A stretch of 64,000 nt of DNA from Gnetum montanum (lineage: Eukaryota; Plantae; Gnetophyta): the NCBI GenBank assembly GCA_015680685.1, contig MNCI01003135.1, forward strand, positions 1 to 64,000, in the 5' to 3' direction. Positions within the stretch are counted from its first letter, which is position 1; each line of letters opens with the position of its first letter. Under the pieces are notes generated by a model. The model saw nothing but the letters and a program-made list of their open reading frames with translations. It was not told the DNA's origin and did no database searches. A program made the position numbers and the translations under genes. Positions 1-11,667 of this stretch are shown here, piece after piece.

Positions 1-845
1 CCTAGGAGGTAATCGCTGAAGATGTATGTCATGGCTCATTGGTACATCACTCCAGCATTTTTTAATCCAAAAGGCATCATGGTGTAATAAAAGGTCCCCC
101 AGGATGTCATGAATGTTGTTGTTAGCTAGTGCTCTAGGTTGATGCGTATTTGATTGTAGCCTGAGAAGCCATCCATGAAGGACAAAAGTACGTGTCCAGC
201 GGTTGTATCCACCAATTGATCAATACTCGGAAATGGGAAATTATCTTTGATTATAGCTTTATTCAAGTCCCAGAAGTCTATGTAGATGCATATTCCCCTG
301 GTCTTTTTAGGAACCACTACAATGTTAGATACCCAATCTGAGTAATCAACCACGCGAATAAAACCAACCTAGTACAGTTTAGTGATTTCATCATGTACTG
401 CTAGCGTGAATTTTGGCTTGATCTTTCGTGCTTTCTGTTTGACGACTTTGATATGGGGATCTAGGATTATGTTGTGTGGAATTAACCTTGGGTCTAGTCC
501 AGGCATATCCTCATACAACCATGCAAACACCATGATATTATTCTGGAGGACCTATTTTATGTCATCATGTACCTTTTGGCCTAATAGAGAACTAACCTTG
601 AGAGTTTTAGTCTCACCCCTATGCATAACCACAGAGACCTCGTTGAGTGGATCTTCGGTTACATCTCCAGCTTCCAGATCTAGCGTGCGCATCGATTGCT
701 TTGGTTAGTCTGGAGATGTTTCCGACACGGCTATGATTGCATCATTAAGGACTGGGTTAGCTTCTATTAGTGTGGGATCAAGCTGTCTAATGATTTTACC
801 ATGTAAGCTTGTTAAAACTAGCGGTGCAGATAAAATCTCGTCCAT
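1..845 (-). pseudogene. pol: Reverse transcriptase (Tat/Ogre type), stop-interrupted
   Basis: One frame from ATG 845: MDEILSAPL...VFAWLYEDMPGLDP...GFIRVVDYSDWVSNIVVVPKK...DFWDLNKA...SFMDGFSGYNQIRI...TTFMTSWGTFYYTMMPFGLKNAG. Confidence 0.95.
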
Positions 846-1342
846 CTATCAATTATCCTGCAAAATTGTCAAATACGAGAGTAATTAGAAAGATGACTAA
901 GTTTATGCGATTAGTGTTTAACGAACAATGCTTAGTTTAGTGTATGGGACGTGACGTGACATTACTGAGCGTAAAGCCAATTGAATTTTAAATTTCATGA
1001 ACAGTCTGTAATTAATGAGACCTGATTACAAGGAGATAAGTTATAGTAGTTTAGGGTCATTTTGGATTGTAATGCGTGTGATATATGACGTAATTAATGC
1101 CTCGATCCTCAGGTTCTAGCTCATACTGACACCAACATTTGGACAAGTCTTGCTGAAATCGGGTATCAAGTCTGTTAAATTTTGCATATAAGTAAGCGGG
1201 TTTCATTTAGAATAGGCTATTTGCTATTGCAAATTTGAATTCTTAGTTGTTACAGAGAGAAAGAAGGAAGAGTAGAAGATTGGGGTGCGTCATTTGTAAA
1301 GGCGTAAAGGGGTGAAAGTGTGAAGGCGTTAGAACTGCAACA

Positions 1343-4300
1343 ATGGCGTCGAATCTGAGAGGGAAGAACGCCAAATTGGCTAGGATTGACGAGGTGCAAG
1401 GGAGCCTGCAGCGTACCTCGCAGGTAGTGGTCGAAGTGAGAGACCCTACGCCTTTGAATCAGTAGGCTAGCCCTTGCTCATTCGTGTTACTTTTGTGGTG
1501 TTTATTCTTGTAGCGTCGCCTGTGTAAATTTAAAATTTTAGACTATGGACCTCGCGTTAAAATGAGGTTTTATACACTAGGACTATGTCTATCGTCGTAC
1601 TTAGGGACAAACCTTGCACTGTTGCAAGGGTTTAGTCGGTTTTGGCATGAATAGCTAAGTGTAATTTGTAGATTTTCTATATTTTAAGCATGCAAATCTA
1701 AATCTAGACATTGATGTATTTATTATTGTCTCTGTACAGCATCATGTTAAGACCTGTCTTAATTATCTTGGATATAGTCAAGGTTTTATGCTGCATAAAC
1801 CCAATCGTACCTAATGTTCCTCTCCTACAGACTCGGTTGTATGGGAAGGCCATATGGTTTCGAAAGGATGCGCTGGAGTTTCTACAGTTTTTACTACGTA
1901 ACTACAGCATTATTGTATGGTCACACCTGTCAGGAGATATCGTTGGCACCATTTTGGAGCACTTGCTAGTGGGTTCTACGTAGGGAATTCTAGCTTTCTT
2001 GACAGATGGGAATATTGACATTGGTCATCCCCAGGATCGCGAACTTAGTGCCAGAGGGTTAAAGTTCTTAAGTTGGATCTGGGAAATGGCTCAGTTTAGA
2101 TGCTACCAAGCATACAACACTTTGTTCGTGGCCCGTCACGTCTCGACTTATTTCCAGAACCCACCAGGCACAATGTATTATTTAGGGGGGTAAGTGGTTT
2201 TATTGCTGGTATTGTCATTATATGTCTATTGTCTTAGTTTTGTATAGTGTAAGATAAGCATATGTGGTACGGTACAGGTTTTTTATCCATGAGAACAAGT
2301 TAGTAGGCTATGGTGATACCTTAAATTGGACTGAAACGACAATAAAGGTGTTTACCTCTACTAGCAATGTATGCGTTGGTGTAATGGGGCCGATCAGCTT
2401 CGACATTCATGAATACCCCACCCGTTATGCTGATGCTTTCAAGAATTTCCAGAATCTCGGGTGGCTACATGAAGATTGGACTTTGGATCTGCCCCTTATC
2501 GTTGCGGACGTGCAGGGGAAACTTCCTCCATTTCCTTTGCCATTTGGACCTGGTAAAATTGTTGTGTATTCTATTGTTGCGTGGTGTAATTGTGAATTGT
2601 GAATGTCGTGTAATAGTATTTTATGACATGTGTCTTGCATTGTTCAGTCAAGGAATCCCTGGAGATTACCCTTACAATTTTTGGCTGCAAGGTGAATACC
2701 CTTCTCTTCCACTACGACAACATCAAGGAGGCACAACGATGGCTCAGCCATGCGGCGGCTCCAGTTGCGGTGGTCACCAAGCTACACCAAGTGAGGCTAA
2801 TGCACTTATTTTTGGTTGTAACCCCTAATTTCCCCGTCAGTGAAATGTTAACCCTAGTCAACTCGTTTAGCGAAAGAGCTGAGCGGTTTTGTACACGCGT
2901 GCATCACATACGTGTAAGTTTTGATATTGATGCTTAGCTTTTCGCAGAACTTTTCGGCATCCCCTCCAATGGCCTTCCCATAGAGGAAAAGGCGAAGAGG
3001 AGCCTTGCCTATCAGGAGTGGCTAGGAGCCAAGAAGGAGACTAAGGGAATCCCTTGTGAGAAGATCAAACCAGAGATCGCCAAGACGATTTATCCCCTAT
3101 TCCAGGCCCAAGCTTTCCCCAAAACACTCTCGTAGGGGAGGTTCTTTTCCATAGAACAGACCCGTATCATGCGGAAGGTTATGGAGGAAGGGACCTATTT
3201 TGTCTGGGTAAGCTATTTTGCTAAGGGATTACGCACTGAGATGATTAGGCTTCGCCAGAAGCTTGATTCTCATTTCAACGTGCATTACGCCTTCTTCATA
3301 GCTTGCCTTTGACATTTTGCCGAATTTTTGGTTATCCAAAGGAATGGGGTCTGGGTGGAGCAAGACCGAAATCAGCTATCCAAACCTTGGATTACCGACA
3401 TTTTCGACACTACCCATGGACAGGATCCCCCGGAAGGGATTGGTGAGTCTTTTTCTATAACGATAAGGGATTTGGTGGCATCTCGAGTGCGAGGCCCCGA
3501 CAGCATAGGCGGGGTAATGCCCACTTACACTGGTGATGCCTCGTGAGGGAAACGCTTGGCGATAGAAATTGTAGCGCCCACAACTTGGCGTAAAAGGCTT
3601 CGCTTAACCGAGGCCCCTGTGGAGCCTGGGAGTGGTAGAGGTCGAACCATGCAAGTCAGAGTTCAGTGGAGTAAACCTCCGCCTAGTAAGCATGAAAGAA
3701 ACATAGTGAGAGTTATTGTATTACGCAATTTTTATTCATGATATTTTGAATTGTGTAAATATGTATGTAATTTGAACAGTGAGACCTACGGAGTAGTTGA
3801 CCCGTGAGACAGGGGCAGTAATATTAAGTCATGGGGAAGGGGCCCCAGTTTTGGAAGAAGAGGCCCCAGCTGTTAGGATTAGCGATGCACAGACTCCTAT
3901 GCGTGAGGAGAGGGAGGAGGCGGGAACTATTGACACACTCCCCATTGTAACCGGAAGAGGTGGTAAGCGTATTGGATGTTTTGAGGAGTTTTGTTAACAA
4001 TTAAGATTTTTAACTGAATTACGCTACAGGTGAGGAAGATGCATCCAAATTTGCCTCTCTGAGCAGAACATGGAGAGAGTTTCCTGACAAATTCACCTTC
4101 ATGGAAGGCGTTGTCAACAATATGATCGAGCGCCTCGAGCACATCGATCCTGGAGCTGGTATGTTATTGCATCAATGGGTTTATTTCATTAGAAAATGAT
4201 AATATTTCATTTATGTTGATAATGTTTACTATCAGAAGCTCGCCTTTGATGGGACCCAACGGAGCCCATTGATTTGAACACAATGGAGCCTCCATCTGAT

Positions 4301-5364
4301 GGGGTGGTCATGCCACATAGCATATATGAGGAGATGCGTAAATGTGCGTTACACTCAACTCGCTCCTTGTGCGAGAGTAAGAGTGTCAATGAAGACCTCT
4401 GGAAAAGGCTACAGAGGTTAGAAAGGGAGAAGGAGTCTCTGGCCAAAGAGTTCAGAGATTTAAAATCGTGATGCGAGTTCCTGTAGGTGCAGGAAACGGG
4501 TGACGAGGACTGGCGCACAACTGTGATTGACTGCTCTAGCTATTGGACTACAATCAGAAACAATGTGCAAACTAGCTAGGAGTTGGTGGAGTAGCGGATG
4601 CAGATAGAGCTATTATCGCAGAAAAGCTAAGACTGGAAGGATTGTTGTGCAAGTGTGCAAGAGTGGGGGTAGAAAGAAAAGGATCACAAGCATTTGTATA
4701 AGTGAGAAAACATCACTTATCATCAACATTATCATGATTCTGCTATCGAAGCTCAATTCTTGCGAGTGTTCCTGGACTTCATTGGCGCATCCTAAGCTTT
4801 CGAAAAGTTTCAGGAGCAGGTGACAGTAAGCGCGTCACTGGAAAGAGAAATGACTCTTCCCGGGGGCGAGACTATTGTCCCTACTTTCTTCCCTGACCCG
4901 CATCACTGGACTAGTGTAGAAAAGGGGAAAGTGAAAGTTGGAGCTGCTTTAGGGAACGACGTATGGTCTGAATTGATTGAGAATGAAATCATGCAGTGCC
5001 TATGGGTTGGTTTAGAAAAGCTCCCGTTTGCTACAGAAGAAAGACCATCACGAGTAAGTTTAAACATTATTGAATTTAATTTTTCCTGATTGTGATGTTA
5101 AGTCTTTGATAACGTATTTTCTGTATATAGGTACAAGAGTTGGAGGGCGAAGGTGAACAGGATGAGGAAAAAGTATAAGAAGAGGAGCGTAATAGCAAAG
5201 AGCGTCCGCTTGTGGAGCCAACGTTGGAGCAAGGGCCTCGTGGGGATGGCATTCCTCACGAAGGAATACTTTCTATGAAGGACGACCCACTTGAGAAGGA
5301 TTTATTAGGCTTGGAACCTGACCTAAGGGATACTGGTGACAGTGGCACTAGGGGAGATGTGTAA
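1343..5364 (+). pseudogene. Antisense 8-exon accessory gene inside element A (NIF/FCP1-like + transposon-accessory-like domain + coiled coil + acidic tail), about 1081 aa, about 16 premature stops
   Basis: Start context AACAATGGC at 1343. Exons 1343-1461, 1740-2189, 2278-2552, 2648-3685, 3780-3962, 4030-4158, 4236-5053, 5131-5364 (3246 nt). Introns are AT-rich GT..AG with phases 2,2,1,1,1,1,0 matching on both sides and no frameshift needed. The exon 1 donor is the least certain (possible micro-exon at 1514-1521). Confidence 0.8.
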
Positions 5365-5565
5365 CTGTAATTTATGCATACTTTTATTGATTTGGATTGA
5401 ACAATGATTATATGAATGTTGACAACATTGGCATTAAGCTTTTTTGTATGGTTTTAAATGCTATTTGTATATTTATTTATTTTTGGTTTTATATCATTAT
5501 TTGCAAAGCGTAAGCAGAATTGTTAAAGACTATTGATAGTTGGTGTTGCTATAGCACGGAATTGC

Positions 5566-5703
5566 TAGTTTAAGGCCATCACGGGCCGCCAGGTAGTGTT
5601 TGTGTAAGATACAAGGTAGTTTTAGGCCATTGTGGGCCATTGCGGGCCGTTACTAGTTTTAGGCCATTGCGGGCCATTACTAGTTTTAGGCCGTTGCGGG
5701 CCA
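5566..5703. repeat. Tandem repeat, about 27 bp unit TAGTTTTAGGCCATTGCGGGCCATTAC, about 4 degenerate copies
   Basis: Directly visible units starting near 5566, 5617, 5654 and 5681. Confidence 0.85.
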
Positions 5704-5995
5704 TCTGCGTAATTTTGTAAGCGTAATTGATAATAATGTAGATTTTTGCATAATTGCACTAAAATGATCAAAGAGTATAAATAGCGTATATAAAGAAATG
5801 TGAATAGCGTAATGAATAGTAAGCGTAAATATGTAAATTGCTAAGTGTAAAAGGAAATATTAGTAAGGACGTGAAGATTATGCGTAAATATCATCCAGAT
5901 CAATCACTAATTCGTAATTGCTTCTTGATGGCCTTTACATTCAGTGATGCGTAAGGGCGGGGAGATTTGCAGCCTGACTCTTCCACATCACCATC

Positions 5996-6800
5996 CTAGA
6001 ATGGCAGGTTGGCCCAGGCTAGACTATCATCATTCGCTTCGGCTTGTTCAAGGATTCGGGGATGGGTTTGATTATCCAATGTTTCTATCTCCAAACCCCA
6101 TTCCTCTTCGATATTGTTGACAGTTCTGGGGGTGATTTCATCACTGCGTATTACAACTTCTTCCCCTGCGTAGGGTAGGTGTATTTCCTGATGGATTAGT
6201 GATGAAACCGCCCTTAGTTGGGCTAACCAAGACCTTCCTAGAATTAACTTGAACCTGGGCATCTCCTTGACGACAAGGAATGTAGCATCCATTGGGAATT
6301 GATCCCCTGCCACGAATTCAATGTGCACCATTCCCTTGACCTGAACCCATGCTCCGTTGAATGACTTTATGCATGTTGTTGTTGTGGGACTGATCTAGTC
6401 GACCAGACCCAACCTATCCACAATGGGATAAGGAATGACATTTGTAGCTGTGCCGTCATCCATGTGCACTCTCCGGATCTGGTATTGACCGACCCGAATG
6501 GTGATAAACATGGGCTCAGTTGTCACTTGACCTTTCTCTGGATCATCTTTGATGGATTTGTCATGAAAGGTCAAGGAGGTAGGTTTAGGTCGCTCAGCAT
6601 CAGAGGGAAACATGACAGCATGTATCACTTCCTCCTCCGCTGGTAAGCTTTCCTCCACAGGTATGGACATCAGCATGCGGACCATGGCCTCATGGTGTTT
6701 TTGAGATGTCATGAGCAGGTCATAGAGGCTCAGCATTGTATTTTTTTGTTTCAAAGCCTGTTTGACCTGGGTGAACACGTCAAGAAGATCCCGTTATTTA
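5996..6800 (-). pseudogene. Aspartic protease region of element A
   Basis: LSLYDLLMTSQKHHEAM (Tat/Ogre pre-protease motif), RRVHMDDGTATNVIP (active-site equivalent), FKLILGRSWL (second protease motif). Confidence 0.85.
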
Positions 6801-8898
6801 CTCGCTTGTTTGTCCCCTTTGTCTTCTTTCATTCACCCTAAGAGACAGATCTCCTTTGGCAGAACAACATCGGTCGGGGAGTTGTTCTTTTTCTTGCCAA
6901 GGGACGGTGGTTGCGTTTTTGTACTCTTGTCTTTCCCAGAAGGCGTAGATGCTGGGATAGAGGCCAAAGGCCTAGGCCTAGCAAAGCCTAGCGTAAGATG
7001 ATTCTTTGCAGCATTACTAGACGCATCCCCTTCCTTCTATTTATTAGGTGATGGTTGGTGACTTGTGTTAGAAGCCTACCCCTACGTAAAAGGGGCAGCT
7101 GATGATTTTGNTATACACATGCAACACTTGGTTTTCCAGATGTGTCAGACTACTGGCATCTAGTTTGGGTGAGCCATCGTCAATCATGCGTTGAATATCG
7201 TCTTTCAACGCCCAACAGTAATCTGTATCATGACCACACAACTAGTGGTAGTCACAGAAATGATCCAGCCTGAAAGACCTCATAACTGGTGGTTCGTCAG
7301 GTAGGGCTAAAGAAGCATTCTTCAACAGTTCACAATGACATTTATGATGCTTCAGAGCTTCATCGGATACCTTCTTGGGTTGAATGTATCCTGCCCCTAA
7401 CAATTGTTTCAATAGTTCTGAATATTTTACAGGCAGGGCTATATTCTTTGAGCGATATTTATGCTCAAAGTTTGGTTTTGGCTAGGGGGGCTTTTTAGGG
7501 GTATCCGTATCTTAGCTGGTGCTGCCTGCACTAGCCGTGGTCTCAGGAGGCACTGTAGGTGCCTTCTTGTTCTTGTTCTTTGTGCCTTCAGCCAGCATAG
7601 CTACTGTCGTTGTCGTCACTTTACCTTTGTCCTTGCCCTTGTTGTGAGCATTTTTGTAGGTGACATACAACGGGTCTTTGGTGGCCTCTGCAGCATCTTG
7701 GATGCTTTTAGTTTGAGCGAAGGCCTGGTGTAAGGAGTTAGGGGAAAGGTAATATAGCTTAGACTTGATAAAGTCATTGACTGCTCCTTTGAAGATGTCT
7801 AGTAAGTGTGGCTCCGCGATTGGCTCACGGATTTCATTCAAAGTAGCACTCCAGTGCTGTATGAACTTTTGGGTTGGTTCGAGCCCATGAGTTGATCTAA
7901 TGTGACTTCCAGCTTTAAGTTGTATTTAAAGCAAGTCACAAATTGTGTCAGAAGCTCTTCGAAGGTTGAGATGGAAGAGCGAGGGAGGGCTCAATACCAA
8001 TCTAAAGCTTTCCTTGTCAAAGACATAGCAAAGACATGGATAATCATGTGAGGCCACTCTTGTAACAACAAGGATTCGGATTTGAAGGTGACCAAGTGAG
8101 CGTTAGGAGCTCCCTCCTCATTATACTTGGTAAAATGAGGTAAGGACATCCCTGGGGGCAACGACAACGATAAAGTCTGCATCGGGCGAGTTGTAGATGT
8201 GGGATGGGGTTGGATCTAAGGGATGAAATGGGGCACAATGGATGCTGGAACCACCGATAGAATGCTGAGCACACATGGTGACAAGACAGCCCCCATGTTA
8301 TTTTGAGGTATTTGCACTTGCAGCGCAAATGGCTATGTAGTGGCTTGCGGGATGACAGGAATATGGGTTTGTGTGGTCATGGAGGTATTAAGATGGGCAA
8401 CTTCTCCATTGAGAGGGAATAAGGGATTTATGTAGGTATGAGGACTAAGAGTGTGATATGAATGTTTAGACTGGGCTGCAAATTCATCATCCTCTTCCTC
8501 CCCATTCTGGGGTTCTAGCATTGCCCGTGTAGCCTACCTCTTAGCCATGACCAACTGTGTTGAATTTCATGGTGATGTTCTGTTAAAGGAATGATGTCAT
8601 AGGCTGTTAGGGTAAAATCCTAACCCCCTTCGTGAATCATCTCAAAATTTTGTTTCACCTCGATTTCGGCTCGGCTGAGAGAAAGCTTCACTTGGATCTT
8701 GATGCAGATGGAGTTATATTCCTCAAGCGTCACGATGGTGAAAACAAGATCTTTGCCCTGCAGTCTCAGTGATCGACACGATGGTCCCTGAGGTCCTGCT
8801 ACACCTGAAGCTGGTCTGGTGACGTCGATGGGGTTCACAGATGTGGCACTCGAGTCAATGGAAATCATGGTGAATGTGGTTGTATATGTGGAATCCAT
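6801..8898 (-). pseudogene. gag: Gag of element A
   Basis: LPHFTKYNEEGAPNAHL...FAMSLTRKALDWY (retrotransposon gag). Tat/Ogre-type knuckle CDYH*LCGHDTDYCWALKDDIQRMIDDG at about 7175-7260. Confidence 0.85.
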
Positions 8899-9128
8899 TA
8901 ATCTAGTGGGTTAACAACGACAAATGACTAGATTTAAAAGGCAGTGGACAAACAAGATCACTATTAAGCTTTCTACCCGATAGGATTCTAAAGGAATCGT
9001 TACTGTGACCGATCTACATCACACGATGTTTCGTAAATTTCCCTAGAGGTATTACGTTCATGTTTTTGGAAACTCGGGTATAGATCGCTTACAAGGCTAC
9101 CCATAAAAATACGAATTGGAGCCTTAGG

Positions 9129-9145
9129 CCCTCCTTCTAGCACCA
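9129..9145 (-). other. Primer-binding site complementary to tRNA-Asn
   Basis: Minus strand TGGTGCTAGAAGGAGGG: 16/17 to the plant tRNA-Asn 3' end (CCCTCCTTCTAGCGCCA, recalled), the mismatch being a CpG deamination. It lies 6 nt from the LTR terminal ...TTACA. Confidence 0.75.
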
Positions 9146-9151
9146 GAAAAC

Positions 9152-10596
9152 TGTAACGACGGAAAATGTTGGTAGCTGGAATACCAAAAAAAATCCGTGT
9201 ACACAGTCTTAACCACGGATCCGTGCGAGGGATGTGCTAGAGAAAACGAATCTGTAGTGCACTGAATGGTCTTGTCGATCAGACAGGGACTTACTAAATC
9301 AGTAAATCTACTATGATTATAGGTTTTTCGTGGAACGATTTGATTCGATAAATCGCGAAAGGAGAGGAAAACGATGTAGATAAATCGCAACAATGACGAC
9401 GTTAACGCAACAAAAGGGAATTAGATTTAAGTGAAATGTGTGATTTCAAGATTTGTACTTTGACCCAAAAAATTGAGTATTTTGTACACAAAGTTACAAT
9501 GGGAAGACTCCAATTATCTTGTGTAGAACATACACAAAATAATAAGAAAAACTGTTCAACAAAGAGTGCAGAATGGAGCTTAGTCTACCTTGTAAGCCAA
9601 AGATGGAGTGCAAGGATGATCAAGCTCGGATGCCTATCAACCAACTATGTTTGATCAATAGATCATGCCAACTTGATCAGATAATCTTTCGATCTCTGAT
9701 CTATCTTCTTCACTTTGGGTAGCCTCTGCTCGAAACTGCCAAGGATCACCGGTGGGAGAACTGTATTTTCGCCAAAAGGTATGATCGCTCTCACTGCCAA
9801 TGCTTGAAGAATGTCTCTTATTTCTACTCAAAGATGATAACTGCCAAAAGTTGAAGATGTTAACTGCTGCTCTACTCCAAAAGGTTGAAAAAAAATCTTC
9901 TCTGGGGGGTCCTTTCTTTCTTCGCCAACTAGAGTATTTATAAGCTGTGACAGCATGCAGAAAAGGCATGACCTTGATGACATGTGTCCAAAACTCCCCG
10001 GATACCATTGACTTGACATACTAGCTATGTCACATCACATTGCGAAGTACGCTATCAACTGCCTCATGATTACGCACAATACGCACATCAGCCTATTGCG
10101 TGTATGAATAGCAAATGCGTAACCGCTTTAGCTGGCTTTACGCTGCATTACATTTGTTTATGCTGCGTTGCGTGGCAGAGTGTAACAAAGCATGGAAATA
10201 ATGAGTCAAGCTATTTTATGCTTGTTTACGTAGCAAAGCGTAGTGAAGCGTAAAGATGGATCAACTTGTTGGTAAATTACGCTTGTCGTACGCGGCGTAG
10301 CGTAACGAGCGTAAGGTGACCAATCTGTAAAAAAGAAAGGAGTCGATCTATCGTGCTTTCTTTGGACTTCCCCTTGGACCTTTTTTGAAGCTCATTACGC
10401 TGCCTTGCGTAATAGAGCGTAAGTTCAACCCTGGTCAAAAAGACTTAGCAGAATATGCAAGAAGTCGCATATTACGCTGTTTAGGCCTTAAGCTTCACCA
10501 AATCTGCTCGTTCTTCCTTCTGGAATTTTTCTGTGCACTTTCACCCAAATCGTGAATCTTCGCCTTAGGCCGATTCACAATTTCTACGGTGTTTGA
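9152..10596 (-). repeat. 5' LTR of element A, with TATAAATA at 9935-9942
   Basis: Ends TGTAACGACGGAAAA and AATTTCTACGGTGTTTGA resemble the ends of the element B LTRs (TGTAGTGATGGAAAA, AATTTCTTTGGGATGTTTCA). Sharp composition change at 10597. Confidence 0.75.
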
Positions 10597-11582
10597 ATAA
10601 GAAAGATTAATACATCACTATTCTAGTAAAGCCACAAAAAGAAAAATAAAAAGACCATGGAAAAATTTATTAGTTTGTAATTTATTCTAATTAATGTGTA
10701 TCCTTTTTGTCTTTAAGTAATCAAATATACACAACTAATGAACTTTCATTTCAATTAAATTATTGTAATTATTATTGATCTTTTCTTCTTTAAGTGATAA
10801 AATTAACACAAAAATACAAAATGAAGAAACTTTTATGTGATCATTTCGTTAATAGGTGGTAAAATAATGTAATTTTTCTTTATATTTTTTGTAATAATCA
10901 TTGAATACCAATAATATAAATTTGAGTTTGTTGTTTGGAGTCTTTATTTAAGTGGACTATATATATATGCATTTCACAATGGAAATAATAACTAAGATGG
11001 ACTCTTCTTCATTGTAGCATTCTAAATTTGATTAGCTCTACTATTTTTAGCATTTATTTTTCATTGTCATTTATCACTTTCTTAACATAATATTTATGTT
11101 TTATTATATATTAATTATTAGCAGAATGAACACAACCCAATCTTGAGTGTTAGACTTGTATTAGTTTGGTAATCACATCAGCAACACACTTGGTATACGC
11201 AATGGTATGTAAGTTTGATAATCTTGGAAGTTAGAATGAATATCTAGGTGCATGATAATAAGATGATAATTGAACATTCATCATCATATGTTAGCTTAGT
11301 ATTTATTTTTTACATTAATGGATTAGTAATTAGAGATAAATTTATTATGTTTTATATAGTTTATAACATGTATGATGCAACATCAATTATTATACTCCTC
11401 ACCAAGACCTAGCCATATATACAAAGAGGGCTCCTATGAGCATAGGTGGGAAGATAGTGATCTATGATCACATAATGATACTCAGCATTATTATTAACCC
11501 ATTCATGAATATTGTGCTTGTAGATCATATGGTTGGGCATTTGATATACTCATCACTCATTATTTGACACTATCACTAAAGA
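10597..11582 (+). mobile_element. 3' part of an old Athila-like 5' LTR (to 11562) plus decayed tRNA-Asp PBS (11565-11582); the target of element A's insertion
   Basis: The LTR end ATATGGTTGGGCAT...CACTCATTA resembles the other Athila LTR ends in this window. TGACACTATCACTAAAGA differs from a TGGCGCCGT(C/T)GCCGGGGA-type PBS only by transitions. Confidence 0.6.
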
Positions 11583-11667
11583 TTGATACTAATAGCTTAG
11601 TTTAGTTAGCATCATAAGTGATTATTACTTGAGCATATATAAATATTCTCTCTTTGATTTTTCTCCA

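Larger units (their letters stand above)
1..10596 (-). mobile_element. Ty3/gypsy LTR retrotransposon, Tat clade (element A); 5' LTR through RT, 3' part outside the window
   Basis: Minus-strand order is LTR (9152-10596), PBS-Asn, gag, protease, a 5 kb gap, then RT. Visibly richer in CpG than the DNA beyond 10597. Confidence 0.9.

Noticed and set aside
2913-2947. GTAAGT...GCAG that looks like an intron in the antisense gene
   Set aside because: It is only 35 nt and would shift the frame. Reading straight through (one TAG) keeps the frame and a plausible motif.
8985-9007. Possible decayed tRNA-Arg PBS and LTR boundary
   Set aside because: It needs many substitutions. The Asn PBS at 9129-9145 matches 16/17, and its LTR end agrees with element B.
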